NCBI RefSeq assembly: GCF_001194135.2
Contig: NC_069008.1
Location: 1,130,330-1,194,329 of the forward strand
Reading direction: 5' to 3'
DNA: 64,000 nucleotides
DNA from: Octopus bimaculoides
Lineage: Eukaryota
Below are positions 51,301-59,557 of the stretch, in pieces. The notes beneath the pieces were generated by a model. The model saw only the letters and a list, made by a program, of their open reading frames with translations, made no database searches and was not told where the DNA came from. Position 1 is the first letter of the stretch, and the number at the start of each line of letters is the position of its first letter. Position numbers and translations under genes: made by a program.

Positions 51301-54300
51301 ATGGTCACATTGCTTGGATGGAATTAGTTGTGGCAGATTTTCTATGGTTGGATGCCCTTTTTCTTGGCAATTCACACTTGTTTCCATGTAAGGTAATATT
51401 CTTTTCTACTCTAAGCAGAAGGCCCGAAATTTTTGGGGAGGGGACCAGTTGATTAGATCAACCCCAGTACGCAACTGGTACTTAATTTATTGATCGCAAA
51501 AGGATGATAGGCAAAGTCGACCTCGGCAGAATTTGAACTCAGAACATAAAAACAGATGAAATACCGCTAAGCATTTTGCCCGACATGCTGTTTCTTATTT
51601 CTTTATTGCCCACAAGGGGTTAAACATAGAGGAGACAAACAAGGACAGACAGAGGGATTAAGTCGATTAGATCAATCCCAGTGCGTAACTGGTACTTAAT
51701 TTACTGACCCCGAAAGGATGAAAGGCAAAGTCAACCTTGGTGGAATTTCGCCGGGCGTGCTAACGTTTCTGCCAGCTCACCACCTTCATGCAAGGTGATA
51801 TTACTCCATGGCTTGACATGCTGGAAATGAATGGCACAACTTTCATGCTTGTGACACATGTTTTTATACAGACTAAAAACAAGACCTGCCAAAAGAATGG
51901 ATGGACCTAGCATAAGTTCATTGACTGTCTAGCAATAGCACAGGTCCTCAGAAATTCCAAGTAGTTAGACCTGGTAGAAAATAGCAGTCAAATCTCGTGT
52001 GTGCGTGTGTGTATGTATGTATGTACATATGTATGTGTGAGCTGCGCGAAAGCGCACGGCTCATATAGTGAATGGGGAAAGCTTAATCTGCAATGTTTGC
52101 AGTCGTGCATGCTTGTCAAGAGCAGGGCTCATTAGCCACCAACGGAGCCGCAAATGCAAAATATAAGTTAGTCCTAGAGCGCACAATGTTCCCGAAGGTT
52201 GGCAATGGTCTTCCTCGGTCACGAGTGGACAGCCATCATGTTTCTCTCTATTTGTCTACCAATCTATCTTAGTACTTTATGGATGCATGAGCCAATGAGG
52301 GACACCTTTACAAGGGGGCTAGACTTTTTAAAACAGCAGCTAAATGTCCCTCAAATTATACCCTACAATCTTATGTAGAAATTCCAGGTTGGAAAACTAC
52401 TGGGAGTGTGGTGGTGCTAAGTTTTCATTAAAGCATGTGTCTAGGAGGTCACTCTGAAATAAAACCAGATAAACCGATTCAATTGACTAAATTACAGAAA
52501 CAGGTATGCTGCTGTACAAGAGATACATAGTTACCTAGCCAGAGGGAAAAGCAAGAGAAAGAGAGAGAGAGAGAGAGTAGAAGACCGTATATATACCTGT
52601 TGCAGGTATGTTTTTCTTAACTTTCTTCTTCACTCTAGGTTTCTTCTCCTCAGTCAAGATGGCATCTGAAAAAAATATGGAAGTTTTGAAGTTTCTGTTT
52701 TGAGTTCTTTTGTTTTGTTTCTAGTTTCTTTAAACATTGTACATGCACGCACAGGTGTGTGTGTATGTATATGTACATGCATATCTATATACAAATATAT
52801 GAGTGAGTGTTTGTATGTGTATATATATATCATCATCATCGTTTAAGCAGATGTTAAACGATGATGATGATGATATATACATACGTAAGAACCTGTATGT
52901 GCACATGCATGTGACTGTGTATAAGCACATGTGTATGTGCGTACGCATATATGTGTATATGTATGTGCATCCATGTGCTTGTATGAATACATTTATGGAT
53001 GCGCTTGAGCATGCACATGTATATATATATACATATGTGTCTATGTATATATGTGTGTGTGTATATGTATGTATGCATATGTTTGTATATATGTGTGTAT
53101 ATGTATGCATATATATGTATATATGTGTGTGTGTGTATATGTATGTATATGTACGTGTGTGCACACCTATGTATGTCATTATACCTTATTTCCTCCTCTC
53201 ATATAGTCTTGGGGATAAGTCCCACTGTGTGGCACCTAGGGCAAGGGTCTTCTACTTTAGTATTGGGCCGACGAAAGCCTTGTGAGTGGATTTCATTTGG
53301 TAAATGCAAACAGAAAGATAACTGTTGTGTGTGTGTGTGTGTGTGCGTGTGAGTGAATCTGTGTTTGTCCCCCACAACTGCTTGACAACTGGTGTTGGTT
53401 TATGTCCCCTGTAACTTAATGGTTTGTTAAAGGAGGTTGATAGAATAAGTACTAGGCTTTGAAAAAAGTAAGTAGTGGGGTTGATACATTCAACTAAAAA
53501 TTCTTTGAAGCAATGTCCTATCCTGGCCACAGTTTAATGAGTGGAACAAGTAAAAGATAAAAAATCCATAATTACGATGACGATCACCATCACCATCAAT
53601 TTAAGCCTGCTTACCATGCTGGCATGGCTGGACAGGTTGTCAAAGTCCAAGATGCCTCCCACTGGGCGCTACTGTTCCCAAAGAATAGGTGTTCATAAAT
53701 GTCATTCCTTAGTTTCTTTGTAGCTACTGAGCCAGGTGGTCAAAAAGAACGGTTCACTCTAGGTGGTGCTTTTATGGGGGCAACACTTTAGGGTCTGTTG
53801 TTTATGCTAGTATAGGGAACGGGGGGAATGGGGTTAGCAGAGAGGAGGGGCTGCAAACTGAAGGGCTCGCCCAGGTGGCACACGCGACGACTACATCACT
53901 GGTCACAAGGTTTCGGCTGATCCATAGTCATGGTAAAGGACCCTTACTCAAATTTGGCTACACCAAAATAAGTGAAAGGAACATCGACCTGATCACTCTA
54001 TCGACTAGAAATAACAGCTAAATAACCTCCCTCAAAACACACGCTACCAGCTAAAAAAAAAAAAAAAGACGAAACAGGAAGGCAAAAGATATACTGGATA
54101 ATGTAGTCCTAGATACACTATGCCATGGATATATAAACAGAGAAGACTATATAATCTAACGGACACAAGTTGGAATGGTCATGAGTGGAACGACTTTGAT
54201 AATAGCTTGGCTTAATCAGGCCTGATCTAGAGCTGAAAGCGTCACTAACAACAGCAACATCAAAAAGATTATCAACATCAGTCAACGAGATCATCAGTGT

Positions 54301-54350
54301 TGTCCCGCCAAAAAGACAAATTCAGAAAAATACTCACCGTCTTCTGCCAT
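21122..54350 (-). CDS. AHI1: Jouberin (AHI1), spliced gene; 28 visible coding exons, 3' end lost in gap(s)
   Basis: Manual GT-AG exon chain with consistent phases: 54338-54350, 52597-52665, 51164-51242, 50635-50689, 48654-48738, 47735-47813, 46598-46706, 45453-45624, 44432-44636, 43329-43422, 41708-41806, 40178-40282, 38780-38905, 37306-37367, 35664-35795, 34871-34925, 33535-33650, 32432-32603, 30712-30853, 29362-29414, 28820-28914, 28125-28258, 27046-27189, 25172-25253, 23442-23541, 22898-23027, 22226-22302, 21122-21169 (partial). The peptides match vertebrate AHI1 motifs as I recall them ([52 protein letters not shown]); no database search was run. Confidence 0.93.
21345..21840. repeat. Degenerate 16-bp minisatellite (AATGTACCCATATTAC), roughly 30 units
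   Basis: Repeated aatgtacccat-ttac units visible throughout. Confidence 0.85.
22226..22302 (-). CDS. AHI1: AHI1 linker exon ([26 protein letters not shown])
   Basis: ccatag| acceptor and |gtaagt donor; phase 1-0. Confidence 0.65.
22898..23027 (-). CDS. AHI1: AHI1 linker exon ([10 protein letters not shown]...DLNKL)
   Basis: tgtctag| acceptor and |gtaagt donor; phase 0-1. Confidence 0.7.
23442..23541 (-). CDS. AHI1: AHI1 linker exon ([34 protein letters not shown])
   Basis: catgcag| acceptor and |gtaagt donor; phase 2-0; helical KKLNSV resembles the recalled post-WD region. Confidence 0.75.
24381..24429 (+). ncRNA. Minimal type-I hammerhead-like motif with palindromic stem III
   Basis: gtct-CCGATGA-agg(...)cct-GAAA-cagctg-TA-agac; U4 is replaced by C. 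Confidence 0.5.
25172..25253 (-). CDS. AHI1: AHI1 post-WD linker exon ([27 protein letters not shown])
   Basis: ttcgacag| acceptor and |gtaagc donor; phase 1-2; no homology support. Confidence 0.7.
25877..26954. mobile_element. Three copies of a ~235-bp TTAA-flanked (piggyBac-like) MITE
   Basis: Copies at about 25877-26081 (5'-truncated), 26155-26388 and 26716-26954; ends TTAA-CCCWTTAACTGCA ... TGCAGTAAAAGGG-TTAA. Confidence 0.7.
27046..27189 (-). CDS. AHI1: AHI1 last WD40 exon ([43 protein letters not shown]...)
   Basis: YHP-D--VAFC motif; phase 1-1. Confidence 0.93.
28125..28258 (-). CDS. AHI1: AHI1 WD40 exon ([44 protein letters not shown])
   Basis: STLTPCG and GSED motifs; phase 2-1. 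Confidence 0.95.
28453..28615 (-). mobile_element. HINE-like element end, opposite orientation
   Basis: Perfect 11-bp hairpin acctctgcctt-agcg-aaggcagaggt followed by (gttt)n and a body typical of this repeat type. Confidence 0.55.
28820..28914 (-). CDS. AHI1: AHI1 WD40 exon ([31 protein letters not shown])
   Basis: Matches recalled [31 protein letters not shown]. Confidence 0.93.
29362..29414 (-). CDS. AHI1: AHI1 exon ([18 protein letters not shown])
   Basis: (CT)n-tag| acceptor and |gtgagt donor; phase 1-0 bridges the neighbouring exons. Confidence 0.82.
29641..29937. mobile_element. hAT-type MITE inserted in a SINE
   Basis: TIRs CAGGGGTTTTCAAACT / AGTTTGAAAACTCCTG; 8-bp TSD gcttacgg/gtttacgg (7/8). 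Confidence 0.8.
30263..30660 (+). mobile_element. Helentron-associated (HINE-like) non-autonomous element
   Basis: Starts actagaaaagcactcggagagcgcag; subterminal IR acctccgc/gcggaggt; gacagacggac microsatellite and terminal hairpin acctcc..ggaggt. Confidence 0.55.
30712..30853 (-). CDS. AHI1: AHI1 WD40 exon ([40 protein letters not shown]...)
   Basis: Matches recalled [21 protein letters not shown]; phase 0-1. Confidence 0.93.
32432..32603 (-). CDS. AHI1: AHI1 WD40 exon (VWVNE...[14 protein letters not shown]...[13 protein letters not shown]...)
   Basis: LPHP-VY and TG-YD--IRIW motifs; phase 2-0. Confidence 0.95.
32716..33505. mobile_element. Cluster of TTAA-flanked MITEs (two families)
   Basis: 32716-32944 (TTAACCCTTT...AAAGGATTAA), 32966-33174 (TTAAC...AAAGGGTTAA), and a truncated sister copy from 33319. 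Confidence 0.65.
33535..33650 (-). CDS. AHI1: AHI1 WD40 exon ([38 protein letters not shown])
   Basis: GH...[11 protein letters not shown] repeat; canonical splice sites. Confidence 0.93.
33709..34132 (+). mobile_element. SINE family A, full-length copy (tRNA-like head, internal TA/GT microsatellite, AAAGA tail)
   Basis: caggagtggctgtgtggtaag...gggttca.tcccactgcgtggcaccttgg...gactgaaacaagtaaaaga. Other copies at about 10043, 14398, 17820, 23595, 31345, 32020(-), 34365 and 59396. Confidence 0.85.
34871..34925 (-). CDS. AHI1: AHI1 WD40 exon ([19 protein letters not shown])
   Basis: ttccag| acceptor and |gtacgt donor; YPILVYE motif. Confidence 0.9.
35284..35621 (+). mobile_element. mariner transposase 3' remnant with internal inversion
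   Basis: The + strand reads [46 protein letters not shown] followed by a TIR-like end ...TTTTTGACTCACCCTCG|TA. The - strand at 35284-35369 reads [19 protein letters not shown]. Confidence 0.85.
35664..35795 (-). CDS. AHI1: AHI1 exon, start of WD40 region ([13 protein letters not shown]...[11 protein letters not shown])
   Basis: Matches recalled WKRLPGQACRIPN...GCFCLDFSHNG. Confidence 0.93.
36030..36392. mobile_element. Penelope-like pLTR inverted pair enclosing a tRNA-like (A/B-box) cassette
   Basis: Inverted arms 36128-36181 and 36338-36392. The centre has TGGTGTAGTG (A-box-like) and GAGTTCGATTCC (B box). The left arm carries CTGATGA...CCGAAA. Confidence 0.6.
36096..36141 (-). ncRNA. Degenerate minimal type-I hammerhead ribozyme motif
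   Basis: gacac-CTGATGA-a-gactg(gagggtatat)cagcc-GAAA-tg-TT-gtgtt. Stem I and the core are intact; there is one mismatch in stem II and one in the stem III palindrome. Confidence 0.5.
36395..36980 (+). mobile_element. Second, 5'-truncated copy of the same maT element
   Basis: [28 protein letters not shown]...WQQDSGPCH...WPPNSP, broken by stops and frameshifts; ends CACCCTG|TA. Near-identical to the reverse complement of 7371-8300. Confidence 0.85.
37306..37367 (-). CDS. AHI1: AHI1 exon ([20 protein letters not shown])
   Basis: ttttcaag| acceptor and |gtgagt donor; phase 0-2 bridges the neighbouring exons. Confidence 0.8.
38180..38690 (+). mobile_element. LINE (RTE-like) 3'-end fragment
   Basis: LLYGTETW...[14 protein letters not shown]...IRW, followed by a degenerate KRP-GRPR--WL---EDL region and a short-repeat tail. 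Confidence 0.75.
38780..38905 (-). CDS. AHI1: AHI1 exon ([42 protein letters not shown])
   Basis: YPSTLYVT motif; 126 nt; phase 0-0. Confidence 0.93.
39225..39715 (-). mobile_element. Same LINE 3'-end family, inverted copy
   Basis: The - strand reads [38 protein letters not shown] and shares e.g. ggggaagatctccaga-gctcaac-tcaccttgg with 38180-38690. Confidence 0.75.
40178..40282 (-). CDS. AHI1: AHI1 exon ([35 protein letters not shown])
   Basis: Matches recalled LGANGNANINSKLRLQLY; phase 0-0. Confidence 0.9.
41708..41806 (-). CDS. AHI1: AHI1 exon ([33 protein letters not shown])
   Basis: IAWAFLK motif; tttgtag| acceptor and |gtaaat donor; phase 0-0. Confidence 0.93.
42845..43120 (-). mobile_element. 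SINE family D (ggcggtgagctggcagaaacgttagcacgccgggcg... head)
   Basis: tRNA-like head with gagttcaaattcc B box. Copies at about 3810, 49985, 51415 and 63285. Confidence 0.8.
43329..43422 (-). CDS. AHI1: AHI1 exon ([32 protein letters not shown])
   Basis: Matches recalled LPEWEEQIVFNENF...PKVILFFE; canonical splice sites. Confidence 0.93.
44432..44636 (-). CDS. AHI1: AHI1 exon 9 (...[41 protein letters not shown])
   Basis: Close match to recalled AHI1 [35 protein letters not shown]; phase 1-2. Confidence 0.93.
44670..45110. repeat. Degenerate GAAT-rich minisatellite (~24-bp units near the exon)
   Basis: gatttgaagaatagtagaatgaga repeated about 3 times, decaying to gaatggaa variants. Confidence 0.75.
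45453..45624 (-). CDS. AHI1: AHI1 exon 8 ([24 protein letters not shown]...SPKKGKKKK)
   Basis: tttcag| acceptor and |gtaaac donor; phase 0-1; open frame. Confidence 0.75.
46598..46706 (-). CDS. AHI1: AHI1 exon 7 ([37 protein letters not shown])
   Basis: Strong ctccacag| acceptor; only the phase-2 frame is open; |gtttgt donor gives the phase 0 needed by the next exon. Confidence 0.7.
47735..47813 (-). CDS. AHI1: AHI1 exon 6 ([26 protein letters not shown])
   Basis: gttag| acceptor and |gtgtgt donor; phase 1-2. Confidence 0.7.
48654..48738 (-). CDS. AHI1: AHI1 exon 5 ([28 protein letters not shown])
   Basis: ttacag| acceptor after a (CT)n tract; |gtgaag donor; phase 0-1. Confidence 0.7.
48850..49085 (+). 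mobile_element. Third, shorter copy of the same LINE 3' end
   Basis: ggaagatctccaggggctcaacatcacc...ctaacttgggatgaccc...aagagcatgaagc. Confidence 0.7.
49391..49647. mobile_element. Fold-back MITE with ~108-bp inverted arms
   Basis: Arms 49391-49498 and 49539-49647, 40-nt spacer, only scattered mismatches. Confidence 0.8.
50140..50590 (+). mobile_element. SINE/LINE-3'-derived family C with (GAT)n tail
   Basis: ...gcacccactacactctcggagtggttgg...ccatgctagcatggaaagcggacgttaaacgatgatgat. Copies at about 1, 1391(-), 7445, 10955, 22575(-), 23140, 27395, 43900(-), 45805(-) and 62570(-). Confidence 0.85.
50635..50689 (-). CDS. AHI1: AHI1 exon 4 ([19 protein letters not shown])
   Basis: Long T-tract then an AAG acceptor; |gtaagt donor; phase 2-0. 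Confidence 0.7.
51164..51242 (-). CDS. AHI1: AHI1 exon 3 ([26 protein letters not shown])
   Basis: ttttgcag| acceptor and |gtaacg donor; RARFEKLL resembles the recalled human N-terminal KVRFEELL. Confidence 0.8.
52597..52665 (-). CDS. AHI1: AHI1 exon 2 ([23 protein letters not shown])
   Basis: ttcag| acceptor and |gtatat donor; phase 1-1; open K-rich frame. Confidence 0.75.
54338..54350 (-). CDS. AHI1: AHI1 exon 1 (MAED)
   Basis: ATG GCA GAA GAC G|GTGAGT is a strong donor in phase 1, which fits the next exon. Confidence 0.75.
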
Positions 54351-55345
54351 ATTTGTTTACATGCTAGTCTCGCAGTGAATCAACTTCATAGTGCTTCATA
54401 TAACAATATTTCGTCTTCCTTCGTTACCATGAAGAATAAAAAATGCCGTTGAAAAAAAAGTACATAAAATCGACAAAATATTCATACATAAAATCATTAA
54501 AACATTTTTTATCGTTCATACATGTATATATATAAATATATATATTTTGTATGAAACTATGTTTGTATCATTATATGAAGTTATTATTTTCGTACAGTAC
54601 CGGAATCAATATCGACCAGGCTTGTGACAGGCAGTGATCCGGATTTCTGAGCTTTCCGGTTTTCTCGAGACAGCTTAAGTATATACTTAAAATCTAAAAT
54701 AAACTATGAGAAGTAAAGAGCTAAATTGTATTTATAAAGCGGTATCTGTTTGATTTCTATAATTCAACTTAAAATTCTTTAAATGTATCATACTATATCA
54801 TGTATACGGTTAAATGTTTATAGGATGAAAATTAAACGAAGTACACATGGTTTTATTTAACGTATATTGATACGTATTATATCACACCTAAAGCAGAATA
54901 TATTTAATGTTTATTAATCCACTCGAAAAAGTATAGAGCAAAACTAATTTTAAAACACTATGCAAATTGACCAATAGCCGGTTTTTTGATAATTTCGGAT
55001 TTCTGAAAGCCGGATAAAAAATCCGGTACTATATCACTATGCCTTCCGTCATGCTACTTTACATGTCGGTTCCGCAGTGAATGTACATAATCGATCCTCA
55101 TGCAACAATATTTACGTCTTCCTTCGTTACCAAAAATGAAAAATACAAAACAAAACAAATTGATAAAATTGATATGAAATCGAAAAATGAATAATATATG
55201 AAGTATTTTTGAGTAACTTTTATCATGAATACGTATATATATATGTTTACATAAAATTATTGTACGCACCTACACTTTACTTAGGACGGCTGCTATATGT
55301 GACATCTGACCCGTTCGCAAGAGGTGTGTTACGCCTCTTAGTGGA

Positions 55346-55387
<42 letters not shown>

Positions 55388-55429
55388 TCACATTGCCCTT
55401 TTAGTTCCGGCAGTGGAAGGCTGGCCACG
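54351..55429. promoter_or_regulatory. Putative bidirectional promoter between AHI1 and the HPS6-like gene
   Basis: Divergent ATGs at 54350 (-) and 55430 (+) leave 1079 bp. TSS positions cannot be determined from sequence. Confidence 0.6.
54595..55031. mobile_element. TA-flanked MITE (Tc1/mariner-pogo-like ends) in the intergenic spacer
   Basis: TA|CAGTACCGGA...TCCGGTACTA|TA gives 9/10 terminal inverted match; subterminal CGGATTTCTGA at both ends. Confidence 0.55.
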
Positions 55430-58400
55430 ATGATCTACCTGGAATCATTTGGCAATTTTTTCCCGTCTTTCGAGAAAGAGGTAAATACTTCTCTTTTACT
55501 CTTTTACTTGTTTCAGTCATTTGACTGCGGCCATGCTGGAGCACCACCTTTTAGTCGAGCAAATCAACCCCAGGACTTATTCTATGTAAGCCTAGTACTT
55601 ATTCTATCGGTCTCTTTTGCCGAAGCATTAAGTTACGAGGACATAAACACACCACCATCAGTTGCCAAGCGATGTTAGTGGGGACAAACACAAACACACA
55701 TATATACATATGCATATATACAAAGTCTTTGATCAGATCCTCAAAAGTAATCTTAGATAACACATCTGCATCTATACTTAGTAGAGATAAAGGCATCCCG
55801 AATATTATTTTAGCAAGTTTAAAGTGATTTCTTTTGTGCTGTAAGCTATTTACCATTTCTGTGGTACCCCCCTCCTTCCCTTGATTCCCTAAGCACGTAC
55901 TTATTTTGCTTAATGGTTAATCCACTGCTGATTGCATTCTTACTCTTTCTTTGTTATATTACAGGAAATTGAAAAGATTTTCAAACAACATCATTATGGA
56001 AATGTTGAAAGAATATGGGTCACTCCAGGCCTTTTACTTGCTTCCACTGATGGTGACCAAGTCCTGCATCCAATATGTACTCATTCAGCTGCTTCTTCCT
56101 CGGTTTGTAAACTTTTTTCTTCGTTTTCTTTCTTTCCCTGCTTTCTTCATGATTCCTATGCGCTCGCCCCCATTCACACATACACACTCATGTATGTATG
56201 TATATGTATATATACACATACACACATAACACCCTCACTGTATATATATTTACATTTTACTATCTTCAGTCCAGTGTCCATTGGTCTCTCCACATTCAAA
56301 CAGAATCAACAGTCCTTGATGTCTTAATCAATGCTAATCCTTGTAATCCAGCTTTAGCTACCATCATATATGTTGTAAGTATATATTTCCTTTTTCTCTA
56401 ATTCGGCTCTTTAATACATTCTTCATAAAATAAAAATTACTTCCCTGTGTTGAAATTTACTGTATGTCTTGAATGATATTTTAGCAAGTTTAAAGTGATT
56501 TCTTTTGTGCTGTAAGCCATTTACCATTTCTGTGGTACCCCCCTCCTTCCCTTGATTCCCTAAGCACGTACTTATTTTGCTTAATGGTTAATCCACTGCT
56601 GATTGCATTCTTACTCTTTCTTTGTTATATAGCCAGAGGAGGGTTATTATCTGTGCTAAAATTACCATTTTACTATAACAGTATCTGCATGGTTTTAACC
56701 TATACCTTTCCATGCTTGCATTGTCAAACTTGAGTATGCTGGGGCAGAGATTTTTATGGTTAGAAACCCATCCTGATGCCAATGTCTCCCTGTTTCCTAG
56801 TGAAATAATTATCTACCATTCTATTGAAAAGCAAACAGCCAAGACATGTTTATATGGAGAACCAGATACCAAAACTCTCAGACTTTAGATTGAATTGTCA
56901 ACTTTTATAGCTGTAAGCTAGCTTCTAGAACCTTCAGCCAAACTGTTTGGCAGGAAAACTTGCTGCATTATTTTGAAGTTTGTTATGTCAACTGTAAGTC
57001 AGCTGATGCTGATTGGTTGAGCCATATTCATGTCATTAATAACTCTTATGTGACATTTTTCCTTTTATGGAGATATATTAGTTCATGATTCTAGACTTGG
57101 GGAAGTCTGAGAGTTATGGGTCAGATTTCAGCTAGGGCCTTGCTACACATCCCTTGCTGACATTCCTGTCTGTTCATTCTGCACTCTGGAAGACCTGTGG
57201 AATAATAAAAAGATACCTTAGTTGAAAAACAGGTATGGCTCGCAACAAGGAAAGGGTCTAGTTGTAAAACAAGCCCCATCCAACCCATGCTAGCATGGGA
57301 AAAACAAGCATTAAATGAGTGAACAAATCCATGTACAGAAACCTACAATCGTTTTGCTTTGGTCAACATCCCTTCATGGGTTTTGTCTGTAAAAAGAAAA
57401 AAATCTCTCAACTGTCATCTCCCTTCTCTCATCTCTCCTATTTTCAGGTTGAAGAGTCTGGCCATGTCCAATGCTGGCAACAGAGCAACACCACCTATGT
57501 GTGGAAGATGGTGTACCGACTCCACCTGGCTAACAGTCATGTGGATGTCTTAACGCCATCCGATCCCCTCACCTCATCCGACTTGACCAGCACCCGAGTA
57601 ACCAGTGCCTGCCTCCTACCTGAACATCATCTGTTGTACTGGTGTGAACAACAACAACGTCAAGGGACCAACAGAAACAGGAACACCATCTACAAACTAC
57701 AGCTTCCTGGTAATATCAACGTTGGATTTTATTTTTGTCTTACATTTTATCTTTCACTTGTTTCAGTCATTAGACTGTGGCCATGCTAGGTTATTCTTGA
57801 TTTGGATTATCTTAGCCTTGAGTTATCCCAGTCTGGACTTATCCCTATCTTGGATTACTCTAGTCTTGGTTTACTCTTGGACTTGGATTATTCTGTGTTA
57901 TCTTGGTCTCATATTATCTCAGCCTTTTATTATACCAGTCTTGGATTATTATTGTAAGAGATTATCTCAGGCTCTAGTTGTTAATCCACTTACTGTGATG
58001 GTTATAAAATGGTTTGGATCATTAAGTATTGGGTTGGGATTATTTCAGTCTCACATTATTCTGGTCTTGGGTTATGGGCTTCCAGAATTCTTCAAGAAAA
58101 TCCATAAACTATAAGAGTTATTCCAACTCCAGAGTTCTTCAAAAAAGTCTACAGATTGTAAATGTTATTCTGTCCTCAGTTATTCCATCCCCAAAATTCC
58201 AGATGTTATAACTGCTATTCCAGCCCCAGATTCTTCATAAATTCCATAAGCTGTAAGAGTTATTTCAACCCCAGAATTCTTCAAAAAGACCCTAACCTGT
58301 AAATGTTATTCCAGCCTCCAGTTATTCCATTTCCAGAATTCTTCAAAAAGACCCTAACCTGTAACTGTTATGCCAACCTCCCATTGTTCCAGTCTCAGAA

Positions 58401-59524
58401 TTCTTCAAAAAGTTCTTAAGCCATAACTGAATTCTTCCTTTCTACCATACTGTCATTCCAGGTAGCACCATTGAAGATAGCAGTTCCCAGAAGATGCCAA
58501 TAGAGAGACAAACCATTCTGCAGAACTGTCCGCCCTGTTCCTTGTATAACCTCAGCTGCAGTATTCTTATCATCCCTGACGAAATGTAAGCCTATTAAAA
58601 ACATTTCAAATGAAATGAGGGGATCTTCATGTTTTACTTGTTCCATTAAAGTGGTTGGCATTAGGAAGTGCATCAAGCTTTCTAAATTTGGGTACTAATG
58701 GGTTAATATTTGGTATACTCTGCTGGGGTCATCTTTGCCGTTCATCCATTCAGGGTTGATAAAACAAGTACCAGTTGAACACTGGGGTCAATATAATTGA
58801 CTTTACCACTTCCCGCCGAAATTTCTGGCCTTGTGCCAAAATTTGAAACCCATATTTGATACATAAATATAAACTAACATTTGTTTTTTATATGTGTTGA
58901 AATGTGTATTGTAAGATACAAATAAGATGATAATTTATTTTGGAAAGCAGAAACGCCACTTTGTAAGGGTAATTTTCACAATATTTCTGCCGTTCTAAGA
59001 GCATTTCTGCATTCAAAAGTAAATTATTGTCTTATTTGTATCTTACAACATTTGGTATNNNNNNNNNNGGTAAAACAGCAGTGCACCATCAGATCTCAAT
59101 GAAGTCAGGAGAACCGCTTAATTTCAAAGCCATCTTACTTCAGTACCAAGACATAGTGAAAAAGGTAAAGTAATTGTTGTACTATTCATGAAATTGGTAG
59201 AGCTTCGGGCAAAGTTCATTGTCGTAATTATCTTTTATAGCTTAGTTCTTTCAGCCATAGGATTGACCATGTTGGGGCACCACTTCAAAGGGTTTGGTTG
59301 TACAAAATAACCCCAGTACTCATTTTCTATAGCTGGGGTTTATTCTAGCAATCACTTTTTGCTGAACTGCTAAGTTACAGGGATGTAAACAAACCACATG
59401 GTTCCGGGTTCAGTCCCACTGCGTGGCACCTTGGGCAAGTGTCTTCTACTATAGCCTCGGGCCGACCAAAGCCTTGTGAGTGGATTTGGTAGACGGAAAC
59501 TGAAAGAAGCCTGTCGTATATATG

Positions 59525-59557
<33 letters not shown>

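Noticed and set aside
55319-55340. Hairpin aagaggtgt-gtt-acgcctctt near the HPS6-like 5' end as a terminator or regulatory RNA
   Set aside because: A single 9-bp stem with a wobble is not distinguishable from chance, and bacterial-type terminators are irrelevant here.
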